The translations under genes and the position numbers were made by a program. This document shows positions 28,301 through 40,011 of a stretch of 64,000 nucleotides of DNA, piece by piece (position 1 is the first letter of the stretch; each line of letters begins with the position of its first letter). Origin of the DNA: Lama glama (taxonomy: Eukaryota); the NCBI GenBank assembly GCA_028534125.1, contig CM052816.1, positions 71,984,001 to 72,048,000 on the forward strand, given 5' to 3'. The notes under the pieces are model-generated. The model made no database searches and had not been told where the DNA came from. It saw only the letters and a list, made by a program, of their open reading frames with translations.

Positions 28301-30704
28301 TGCCCCGCCATTGTTCTCTGTGCCCTCCATGAGAACACTGGTGTCTATGCCAAGGATGGTTCCACGTCAAGTGTGAGAATGACATTCTCCTCTCTGAGTC
28401 ACCTCAAGGGTCTGGTATATCCATCACTCTTCTGTGTTCCTTTCACATGGCAGACTATACTGCTGTGTCTATAACAATGGTTTATATGATTCAGTCCTAT
28501 GGCTATCCCGGAATTTCAATTTCAAGAAAGAAAATCAGAGTGACCTATTTTGAGTAGAATGCCCACTCCAGGTCCAATCGGCCATAGCTGCGATTATATA
28601 ATACAAGTGTGTCTGCAGGGCATCCGCCTCTAGGGAATAGGAGTAAATCTCAAAGAAGGGGAAAAGGCCAGTGGGAACAGATGTCCAGTGGGTTCACTAT
28701 AAGACCCCTTGTTTGAATCAGATCCGATGACGCCCACCCCAGTTCTCTTCCTCCTTTTCTATACCAATACTTTCCACTGTGTGAGTCAAAAAATATGAGT
28801 GCATATATGTGTAACACCTATATTACCAACTTATCAGACATTCTTGAATACTTCTGAGTCCCAGAAGTGAGCTGACCTTGGGCTCAAGCTTACAAAAATT
28901 AGCCTCTCAATATTTAAGATAATAGCTAAATAGTTCACCCAGAAAATCGCATCCAATATAGTCACTCAGATATAGGACTAACTGGCTGACTCAGCTCTCC
29001 TGCTTATCAGAGAAAATAGCCACCACTAACACAGATTGCGTGGAAGATAGTGAAAATTATCCTATTGCCACAGAGTGCCCCACTCTACAAAATCTAGCCT
29101 GAGATTCTTAGTCTTTGAACCATACATTTGAGCCACAGCTTCTCCTCGAATCCAAATACTTCAAAGATCCAAGGATAATTTTTAAACACCAGAATGTAAT
29201 TACCCACAAATTAATTCTCTGGTTTGTTTACTGGGAGAACGTAATAACTTGTTTTCACAGTGCCCGAGAAGAGGAAATCTTTTCTTTTCTCTCAAAATTC
29301 AGACCTCCGTGATAACTGCATATTTCACTTGTTTATTTGAGGCAGACCATTTCCAGTCTCCGCAGCCCAGACGGTGTGCACGGGGCCTTGAAGTTTCAGA
29401 ACAGCGTTTTTGCCGGGGGTGCTGGGCTCTGGCTTTCAGCGTAGATGATGCAGGCCAGGTCGCCTCTCCAGGAGGAGAACAATTTGGAGAGAAATTCATC
29501 TCATTTATTGTAAACCATGAAAATGCAATTATGTAATTTGCAATTAAAATGAGACTCTCGGTCTTTAAATTTAAATAGCTGAATCACTTAGCTTGGGGCT
29601 TACATACTGCCTTATATATTTTTTATTTCCTGTGATTATGTCTCCTCTTCCCAGTGATGGCAGAGACCACGCATTAAACTTTTCCAATCTTGCACAGCTA
29701 TTTTTGTGGCACCTTATACAGAGTAACAGCTAGTGCCTATTGACTTAATCTGGGCACAAAGCTCTTACATTTTAATTGCATTTTTTAGATTAAATTGAGT
29801 CTCCCAACCGAACACGGAAGGGCATAAACACAATGCCATTTACCGTTCTTTATTTTGTGGGAGTCTATTTCGAATTTTGAAAGATCTTGATAAAATGCTA
29901 AGCCTCCAGCTTTCTACTAAATTTCAAATATTTTTAAGAAGACAAAATTATACCAGGCCCCACATGAAAGGTGCAGTCAGCAATCTTCAGCTCTGTCACC
30001 AGCTTCACCTGAATCTGTCCCTTCCTCTGAAGCAATTTTCCCTTATCAGAACAATCTTCTAAGAGGATAAGTGGAATCTCCAGCTGAGAGATACTGATCA
30101 GGATTCTTCTGGTACGTTCTAGTAGGGTAAACACTTGGTAGAGACTGTGTCACTGAGAGTCATCTGCTCGGGAACATCCTCTTCTTGGGCCTTTAACCAT
30201 CAGAGAGCACCCTGGACCAGGCCACGGCCTAAGGAGCCGGAAGGAAGAACAAGTGCCTTCCCCCTGCTACATCCTTTACGTTCTTGGATATTACTGAGGA
30301 TGCATCTACCTACTCAACTTCTTCCTTTTTTTTTTTTTTCTGAGCAGGAGAATGAGAACGAGGGAAGAGTTCAGAGCTCTTCTGCTAAGCAGCGGTGGGA
30401 AGGATGAGAGGGCCATGGCTACCAGGGTATATTTTGCACTGAATGTACCCCTGATACTTGAGGTGGATGTCAGTACAGATAATTGCTCATTATTTGGGTC
30501 ATCCTCCAGCCTAGGCCACTTAACAGAGACCTCTGAAATTTCCTGTGTCTTTTTATCCACTGCTAATGCTTCCCCAAGATAACTATTTCTTTGTCCTTTC
30601 CATATTATAGAATACTTTAAAAACATGTTTGTCAAGAAATCTTCCATTCAAGCACCAGTAAGCTTCGCATCTTTTTGATGTATGTTCATTAATTAAAATA
30701 ATTG

Positions 30705-31270
30705 AAAGAAATATGGAAACAAACTAGGTGCCAGTCGACAAATGAATGGATTTTTTTAATGTGGTATTTGTACGCAATGAAATATTAATTAGCTATGGAA
30801 AAGAAGAAATTCCCCCATTTGCAACCACACAGATGAACCTAAAGGCTGTCATGCTAAGTGAAATAAGCCAGACACAGAAAGGCAAATTCTGCATAATGTC
30901 CCTAGGATGTAGAATCTAAAAAAGATGAACTCAGAGAAACAGAGTAGAATGGTGGTTTCCGGGCCTGGGGGTTAGGGAAATGGGAAGATACTGGTCAAAG
31001 GGTACAAACTGTTAGATATAAGATTAATTAGTTCTGGGGAATCTAACGTACAGCATCGTGACTGTAGTTAATAATCCTGAATTTTGTACTTGACATTTGC
31101 TGAGAGTAGATCTTAAGTGCTCTCATCACACACACACTCGAAGGTAACTATATGAAAGGCTGGATGTTTTAATTAGCTTGATTGTGGTCATCATTTCACA
31201 ATGTATATATATATCAAAACATCATGCTGTATGCCTTAAATACACACAATTTTTACTTGTCAGTTAGTGT
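30705..31270 (+). mobile_element. L1MA/L1MB-like 3' end
   Basis: 'atgctaagtgaaataagccagacacagaaaggcaaattctgc...gagagtagatcttaagtgctctcatcac...ttagcttgattgtggtcatcatttcacaatgtatat'. Confidence 0.85.
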
Positions 31271-32059
31271 TTACTCTAGAGCTTTACCCTTAATATTTAG
31301 GAAATAAACATTTAAGTACTTATAAAATGTTAAATTAATAATGATATACACACACATGCTTTACTAAGACTAAGAAAAATTAAAACTAATAAAACACCTT
31401 GAATACACAGAATTCAAATGCACGCTCTCTCAAAAGCCCCCTCTTACCGTCACAGTGCACCATTGCACAAGTTTCCCATCATGAGCCAAATAAAGTTTTT
31501 TCTAGGATTTTGGACCATTTTTAATAGAGCAGAAAGTTAGAGATAAGATTTATTTTCAGAAAACTGAAATATTGCTTTGCAGCAAGCAGACACCCTGAGA
31601 AATCTTGCTCCTATGTCTTTCACATGAACATCATTGCTGGGACTTCTGTAAATAGAAATGCCAGCATAGAATTTTTAGCACAAAGAAAGTAGTTACTCAA
31701 GAAATCACTTATGTATAGTAATGACTCAAATCTTTTAAGAAGTATTAAAACAGCCATGTTCTTAGCAGGAAAAAGAAACAATGATTCAAGAAAAGTAATC
31801 TGAAATCTTTTTTTATACTTGCAAAGTTAGGGAATTTAGAGTTATTCAGGGGAAAGGGGGACCCTGCTTCCTTGTTTGTTTCTTTAAATTTGTCTTCAGC
31901 TTGTAGACTGTGGAAACATTTTAAATTCCATTCTACAGATGGTGCCAGGGCCAAGGGCAAGGCAACCAGACTGCATGGAGCAGCCAGCAGAGCAGGACAG
32001 ATCAAGCAGACCACCCTCACATCCCAGCCGACACGTCTGGTAGAGTGGAGGGCATCCTC

Positions 32060-32950
32060 CCATTCACTCACGCATTCATTCATTCACTTCTTCCCAGTCA
32101 TCACTGAGCGCCCACGGAAACCAGAGACACTGCTAGGTCCTAGGTATACACTGAAAAGTACCGAGACCACCACCTACCCTAGTAGAGCCCGGAGTGTAGC
32201 GAGGCCAGCCAGCAATATAGAAGTAAATTATCAACTGTATTTAAAAACCGTAATCAGTTCTGACCATGAGAAAGATTCTACTTAGGAGATTAGGCAGAGG
32301 GATTTAACTTTGGGGAGTGCAGCCAGAGAAAGTTTTGCTGAGAAAGTTAGAGTTAAGCTGTTACCAGGAAACTGAAGGAGTCGGTCACATGGGTGGTGGC
32401 GGCTGGGAGCGCTGCAGGCAGAGGGAGGCAAGAAAGCCCTGAGTTGGAGAAGAGCTTGGTGTCTGTGAAACTGAAGGAAGCCAGCGTGTTGGGGCAGGGA
32501 GTCTGAGGGCCTGACGCCGAGACGAGCTCAGAGAGGCAGAGGAGAGACGGATGATATAGGATTTAAGTCATGCAAGGAGCTTTGATTTTTTTTTTTCATA
32601 AAGTGAAATGATACTGAAGGATTTAAGCAAGAGGGAATCATGATTCCATTTATACTTTCAAAGGTAATTGAGGCTGTTTTGCTGAGAACAGAAAGAGGGC
32701 AAGGGTGGATGCAGGAAGACCTGTTGAAAGCTGTGCCACCATCAAGGTCTGTAGGAGGCAGGGAGGTGGTCTGGGCAAGGGGGTGCCAGTGAGGCCGGAG
32801 AGAGATGGATGGATGTGAGCTGTGCATGGAAGGGAGAAGCAACAAGACTCAGTGACAGAGTCACAGTGGCGGGTAACAGAGAGAAAGGACTAAAGGATGC
32901 CACTTAGGTCTCTGATTTTATGGTGACACCATTTTTGCCCAGGTGGGGTG
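32060..32950 (-). mobile_element. L2 LINE fragment
   Basis: Starts 'cattcactcacgcattcattcattc' (reverse complement of the L2 tail), followed by antisense L2 motifs. Confidence 0.7.
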
Positions 32951-33207
32951 GACTCTGTCAGGAATGGGCGGGAGATTTTGAGGGGAGCGCAAACAGCGCT
33001 ATGTTTTTTTAATACTTAAATAGTCCTTATAAAAAACTGACTAAACAGAAAACGGCCAAAATGTATGCAAAATTCCTCTCTCTCTTTTTCTCTCATTCAC
33101 TTTCTTTATTTCATACACAATTACCTGTGAAAAACTACAGATTTAAAATAATTTAAAACCCGTTCTTCAGTTGGTAGCAGATACCAAATGCAGCCCATAA
33201 TCCCCAG

Positions 33208-33780
33208 CATAAAGGTTTGCAAACTTTCTCAGCTCCTGGTGCCCCAGTGTAATTTTTTTTCATGGCAACAACAAGGCCAAAAGAATGATCTAATAATTTT
33301 AAAGTACTTTAGTCCAAACAAATTAACAAATATTTTTGTTCCAGCAACTTAGTAGCCATTTAAATGCACACACACATACACACACATAAACTGGGAGAAA
33401 ATCTTGGTTTTATTTCCATCCTTAAATGACCACAGTTACATCCTACTGGATTGGATGCATGTGCCTCTTGGGCACTGCACTGCTTCTCAAATCTTGAGTC
33501 AGATTGGACATTGCAACCTCTATTTCCTCTTTTACACTGATTTCTGCATGCTATGTGCTTTTTACCACTACAGCTTCAGAAAACTCAGCTTCTCAGATAA
33601 GACATCATTAAGAGGAACGTAGTACAATTTAACGTTGAAACTGTGAATGTCCTTAAGTTAGTAAGTTGCCTCTGTTTGACAGACATGAAGTCTTCCTTTA
33701 AAACCTGAAATATCCTGCTGTGACCCTGTGAGTTCCCGGTGGGTACCCAGAGCCCTTCAGCAAATAGTCTGAGAAAGGTG
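33208..33780 (+). mobile_element. MER119-like hAT-Charlie DNA transposon
   Basis: 'ggccaaaagaatgatctaa...caacttagtagccattt...gggcactgcactgcttctcaaatcttgagtcagattggaca...ttgaaactgtgaa...cctgtgagttcc' follows the MER119 consensus as I recall it. Confidence 0.75.
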
Positions 33781-34315
33781 GCTTTCATGAGTGGCAAGAA
33801 ATTTTATGTAAACCTTAACCTGTATTCTCAGATCAGACCATATTCAGGGCAGGCATTAGCAACATCCAGATTTTCCCACAGATTATTCTAAAATAGCCAT
33901 GTAAATAAATGCATTATTTAATCAGTATTCTTTGAGTTTTATGTAAATAAAATTTTCTCAAAACTGACTTTTACCCATATGTCTGCTGAAACTTAAAAAA
34001 AAAGTGAACCAATCTATTTGGAAGCTTTCTAAAACACTGCTCAGAAGTGTTTCTGAAATACTTTCTAAATACTTCTCTAAAATACTTCCTGAAATATCCC
34101 TCTGCTTTCTTAAAGAGAGGCTACCAGATATAAATTAAGCTAGTCTGACTCAGTGTTACCAACGCAGACACCTGCCACCTTTGTCCTGCCTGTCATTTCT
34201 CTTCCTATCCTTTCTCCCTGGAACTGCCCCTCCCCTTCAGTCACAGGGAGAAGACCTGCAGGCTATGCGGCCTCCTCTTTAGAGTCAGAGTCTGTTCACC
34301 AACACAATGTGCTAT

Positions 34316-34450
34316 AGGAGGAGGGGATAGCCCCGTGGTAGAGCTCTGCTCAGCGTGCATGTGGTCCTGGGTTCAATCCCCAGTACCTCCATTAAAAAAT
34401 AAGTAAATAAGAATAAATAAACGTAATTACCTCCCCTCCCTACCCCAAAA
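34316..34450 (+). mobile_element. Camelid Vic-1-like tRNA-derived SINE
   Basis: A-box/B-box-like 'GGGGATAGCCCCGTGGTAGAGC...GTCCTGGGTTCAATCCCCAGTACCTCC', then an A-rich stretch and the 'TAATTACCTCCCC' tail. Confidence 0.8.
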
Positions 34451-35200
34451 GTGTTATGGCCTGAAAAGGCACATAATTGAGCTTACTGAAGAATAAAGTA
34501 GTACATTAGAACCAATGAGGCCACCACAAGGGCTGAAATAATAAAGCACTAGTTATAAAGCAGAGGATTTATGATAGCTGTGTCAAGTTAGAGACAATTT
34601 TCTCATAGTTTGGAGTGTATTCTGAAGATGTGATATCACCAGTATGTGAACTATGGAGAAACAAGGCCTTTCCTGATATTTAAAATATGATGTTAAGTCG
34701 ATGGGTTGGGGGGTTGGGGGGCAGAAGTGAAGAATCCACTGGCACTCACCCATTCGTACCACTCCATTTCATTGTTCATTTGTTTTTGCTTCCAAATGTC
34801 ATTTGAAGAAAGGGTTCAAGAAGCTCCCACCTCCCAAATGTCAACCACTGCCGAAAAACGATGTCAACGTAGAATCATGTATTCAGTGATACACAGTGGA
34901 TTCCAAAAGCCAAACTAATGGCAAGAGGCCACGTTGCATAGTTTTGTGCCTCCAAGAAGGCAAACATTCACAACATGTAGTCGTGCTTTGGGTGGCCTTG
35001 CACGTATTATGTAGCTGGTGCATGTGGAAAAGGCATCGTAACGCTGACCATTTCCACAGTAACGTGGCTTTCTGACAGATCAGTTGACAACACTGCCTTC
35101 ATTGGATGCCTAAGGGTGGTTAACTTAGAGCAAGAACATCAACCATGCTCTTGAACTTAGTGTCACAATGAGTTGTTACTACTGTGTTTTAAAATCTACC

Positions 35201-35554
35201 CATGACGGTTAATTTTATATGTCAACTTGGCTAGGCGAAGGTACATGGTTGTTTGGCCAAACACTACTTTAGGTGTTGCTGTGAATATATTTGGATCTGA
35301 TTAACATTTAAATCAATAGATTTTGAGTAAGGAGGGTTACCCTCCATAATGTGAATGGGCCTCATCCAACCAACTGAAGGCCTTAAGAGCGAAGACTGGT
35401 CTCTTGGAAGAGAAAGTAATCCTGCCTTTGGATGCAGTACCACAACACCAACTCTTCCCTGGGTCACCAGCCTGCCAGCCTACCTTGCAGATTTTGGACT
35501 GGCCAGCCCCCACAATTAGATGAGCCAATTCCTTAAGATAGGTCGATGATAGAT

Positions 35555-35599
<45 letters not shown>

Positions 35600-35686
35600 T
35601 AGATAGACAGATAGATAGAGAGGTAGATAACTATAAAGACATATTTCCTATCAGTTCTGTCTCTCTGGAGGGCCCTAACTAATACA
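35201..35686 (+). mobile_element. MLT2 (B/D-like) ERVL solo LTR
   Basis: Runs 'tgacggttaattttatatgtcaacttggctagg...cacaattagatgagccaattcctta...ctctggagggccctaactaataca'. TSD ctacc/ccacc. Confidence 0.88.
35555..35598. repeat. (GATA)11 microsatellite within the MLT2 LTR, with imperfect flanking units
   Basis: Direct inspection. Confidence 0.95.
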
Positions 35687-36097
35687 CCACCAAATTGCTG
35701 ATAGCTGCTTCCAATCTAGCTTCTCCCTCTGGTTAAGTGTGGATCTTTCTTTCCAAACATAGAAGCTAGATGACAAGTCTTTTAAACTTGACCTTTAGCA
35801 GTCCTTGCTCTTGGGTTAACTTCATTGCAAAATAGCACAGTATTTATTTAAAGTAAATCAAAACAAATCAAAACAGTAACATGGCACCTACAGTGCCCTC
35901 TAGGATACATAAGGATATTAATACATCCTAAGGCAAAGAGAAAAACTCTTCCAATTTCCAATAATAATGCCACTCATCACATCTCAGATATGATGAGAAA
36001 GCTAATGGGCATTTTCACGATTATGTGGGTAGAAAACCAGATCATGCCAGGACAGATCTATTGTGGCTACCCAAGGAGGGTTCTACGAAAACACAGG

Positions 36098-36502
36098 TAT
36101 TCGGGGCTAAACTGTGTTCCCACAAAATTCATATATTGAAGCCACACACCCCCTTTTTTTAAAATGAGACTGAGTTTGGAGACAGGGCCTTTAAAGAGGT
36201 GATCAAGTTAAAAGGAGGACGTTAGAATGGGCCCTAATACAATATGACTGGTATCCTTATAAGAAGAGAAATTTGGACACAGAGAAGCATTAGGGATACA
36301 TGTACCCAGAGGCAAGGCCATGCATGACCACTGTGAAAAGCTGCTATCTGCAAGCCAAGGAGAGAGACCGCAAAAGAAACCAAACCTGCCAATGTCTTGA
36401 TCTCAGACTTCTAGTCTCTAGAAGAGTAAGGAAGTAGATTTCTGTTGTTGAAGCCGCCCGGTCTGGGGTATTTCGTTACTGCAGCCCGAGCAAACTAATA
36501 CA
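36098..36502 (+). mobile_element. MLT1B/C-like solo LTR
   Basis: 'gggctaaactgtgttcccacaaaattcatatattgaagcc...tgactggtatccttataagaagagaaatttggacacaga...gcaaactaataca'. Confidence 0.88.
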
Positions 36503-39500
36503 ATAAAATCAAAAGTCCTATTTAAAGCTTTACTGCTATAGAACAAGAACTACTCTCCCCCCCCCTTTTTTCCCACAAAGAGTTATGATGTTTTTCTGAT
36601 AGAGTCCTGACAATCTTTGCAGATGGTAGAATACTGAGTCAGCTAAATCTGGCCTTTTCATTCCTTCATGACATTTCTTTAGAATAATAAGGAAGAAGAG
36701 CAGTGTGGAAAGAAGTGGATAGTATCCAGTTCCAGAATGTCTTGAGGTCACTCACAGAAATGTTGTACACCAATAACAACAGGTTGACCAAAAGGGAGAT
36801 GGGGTTTATGTGGCTGAGGAGGAAGGGGGGAGAGAGAAAATAACAGTAAGAAATTAAGCTAAAGGTGGAACAGAGAAGCAATACCTCATAACTATTCTAA
36901 ATCTAGATGTCAATAAGCATTTGAAAACCTTGAAGTCATTCTGCTTGGTTTTGTGTCAGACCAGCAGCAGGGGCCATATTTTTTTCTCCCAAATACAACC
37001 ATCAGCTTTGCTATAGATCTTCAAACCATGCAAGTAAATGGTCGAGTGAAGCTCATTTAATCATGTAAGAGTTTATGCTGAAATTTACTTCAGGCAGAAA
37101 AGTTAGAAGTACAAGGATCTGTCAAATTTTCCAGGGACTTATAATAAATTCTTAGAGTGTGAAACCACCTCTCTCTGTTGTTTGTAGATAACGACTGTTC
37201 AAAGCGGTCTGCGTATTTGAGAAATAAAGTGAATGGAAAATTTCTCTAAGTAGGGCATATTTCTGATGACTAAGATTAGTACATTATGTCTGCTCCAGAC
37301 TGAGTCAATAATGGATCGTTCCCAGATAAGCACATAAAAATGGGTTATATGTAGCTTAGAGCTGAAGTTGCAGACATTAATTTGCTAATTTACTTCAGTA
37401 CAGAACTGGTCCAAAGAAACCAAAAAAAACCTCCCAAAAGACCCCCGAAATAACTAAGTAGGAGAGCATGACTTTCATCAAGGCAATCACAGTAAGGTCA
37501 TTAATAATTGCACAAAATGAGTAACTCATTCATAGTTCCTGTGGAGCAGTAAACGATGTAGTACCTGAATTGCATAATGTCGTTTATCTTTCAAGTTTTT
37601 TTTTTTTTCATGATCCAAGTAAAGAATTGAGTACTCATTACGTGAGAAGAAAATCAAAACTAGAGAATGTCATAAATTTATAGGGAGCTACACTGGAAAA
37701 CACATCTTGAAAGTGACACAGCTCTAACTGATGAGAAAAATCTCTTACGTTGATAGCAAACAGTTTTTCATTAAAGATTTTAAGCCTTGTGATTTCATTT
37801 TTAACAAAAGTGCCACTGTTTTTTTTTAAAGGTCTCAGAGAAGTTTGAATAGCAATTTCCAAAATCCAGAGAAATTGAAGTCAAACACTATTTTATGTGG
37901 AATTGAAATGAGCACATTTTGCCTCCTTCCTAGGAGAACTTAAGACAGTAGGGCCGTGTTTTAAACAATAAACATTTGAGAATGATAGAGCTTTTCAAAG
38001 TACAGGTAAAACTGTAAGATGGAAGTGAAAAATCACAACCTTCCTCTCGTGAAAATGGTAATTATCATTTACTTGAAACTCTCTGACTTACAATGCGTAA
38101 GAGGCCAATGATAGCAAAAGGCTGCAGAGGGTGGAGGATAGGGGGAGGTGAATTCTTGGGGTGGAAGGTGTTCCAGAGATGAAACCAGAAATGCTCTCTC
38201 TTCCCAAGAGACGTGTTCCTTCAGGAAATATTTTGTATTGTAAACATATTCCTAAGCCAATCCTAGTATTGGCATAGTTGGTTAACACGGAAGAAATTCA
38301 TTGTCTGGAAGTAAAACCAAGAACTCAGGTGATGAGTCAAAATCCTCGCATCAAAGTATTTTGTCTCCTCTATTGTGCCTTTTGTTAGTAAACTCACACA
38401 GGTTGGTTCACATCTTTAGGCTCCAACATTTAAGTTGTCAATGCCAGAAAGTCTCTTGTCTAAATATTTACTAAGCTGAGGAGAAGAAAACAGAACATAC
38501 AAGAAAGATTTCTTGAAGTTGAAAAAAAAAATCACTTCATTGAAATATTTTATTGCTCTGATTCATCTATAAAAAGTCCTCCACTTCAATAGTTATTTAC
38601 ATCTTGCAATTCTTCTCCTTTTTTTTTTTCCCTTACCTCAATGGCAAGGCAAATATTCCATAAACTCTGGTGGAGTAAAGAAACTCCTCTGACAGGTTCC
38701 TGGATTTTCTACTCAATCATGTTCTATCAGATCAAGGTAAAAGTGCTTCTCTGAAGTTTGGGGCCCCATGACAGAAAGTGTAACCAAGTATTGGTTGGAG
38801 GGTTGTGTTCATATGTCCAAGCCACAAGGATTGTCAGTAGAACATAGGAAAATTCTCTCCACCACATTTTCACTTAGAATCTGCATACAGTTTCCATCTC
38901 AAATTCATTTGAGATAATCTCCTCAACTCATAAGGTTGAGAACAAAACCTAAAATTATTATTGTCTTTGTTGAAGCAGACATATTTTCCAAATAGGATCC
39001 CTGCTTTTCTGTCAAGTAGAGCTGGAAGGTCCTTCAGAAATCATCTAGTCCAGTGGTTTCCAAGCTTTTTAGTGTAAACTCCCTTTTATCAAATGGAAAT
39101 CTTATCCCAAATTCTGATCTATACGATGATCTGGAAGTGATGTTGTCATGGTTGAAACAGAAAGAAATCTACCTGCCCCGGTCTCTCATTTCCAACTGGA
39201 AACATCATCACATCTTCAGGATCTAAAGCCCTGGAGAATGAATGTGCTTTGAAAGCAACTGATCTCCTCTTTCATTTTACAGACAAAGGAGTGTTAATCT
39301 GCTCCCCTGGTGAGAGGAGCACGGCCCACATCTACTGAACACACCCATTACACACCTGTGCTCTTATTACATGATCTCTTCTTATTTTTTCCTTTTTCTC
39401 CTGGTTTCTTGTTTCCCCACAGCAAAACTGAGTTGGTTACCTCTGTGGGTCTGTTCCACACACAACGAAGAGAGTTGGGGTTTGTGGACAAAATAGAAAA

Positions 39501-39589
39501 ATGTAAAATGTATACCATAAATAAGATTTAGCCACCCACAAGTCAATTATAGAAAGAGGAGATTAAACAAGGGTGGAAGAAATTCAGAA

Positions 39590-39750
39590 CAGCAATTCTC
39601 AGACGTTTGGTTTCACTTCAACATGTTCAAAGTTGTTAAGGACCCCAAAAACCTTTAGTTCACTTGGGTAAAACACCTCTTTGTTGTTTACTGTAATAAT
39701 AAATAAAACTGAGAAACAAGAGATAAATATCATTTCAAGTAAATAAACAC
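39590..39750 (+). mobile_element. hAT-Charlie terminal fragment
   Basis: 'cagcaattctcagacgtttggtttc...gttaaggaccccaaaaacctttagttcacttgggt...aaataaaactgagaaac' resembles a Charlie-family 5' end. Confidence 0.5.
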
Positions 39751-40011
39751 AAGCGAGGCAAAGAGAGAAAGCTTACTGCCACCACTCTACCTGCAAAATG
39801 TGAAAGAAGGTCATTATTACATGAAGGAAAAGCCAGCAGAAAGATGTCATCGTTTCGGCTCATCTTAGTTCCGTAGAACAGGCAGCGTTTCCATAATTCC
39901 AACATGGAATACCTGTGAGCAAATGCAACAGTGCAAGAAATCTATTTTGCTTAGGGAGAAAATTAACTCTTTAAGGGCTTTTGTTATTTGTTATAATCTG
40001 TGATTATTTTT

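Noticed and set aside
34321..34390. Possible tRNA gene
   Set aside because: The cloverleaf is degenerate and it is followed by a SINE-specific tail. It is a tRNA-derived SINE.
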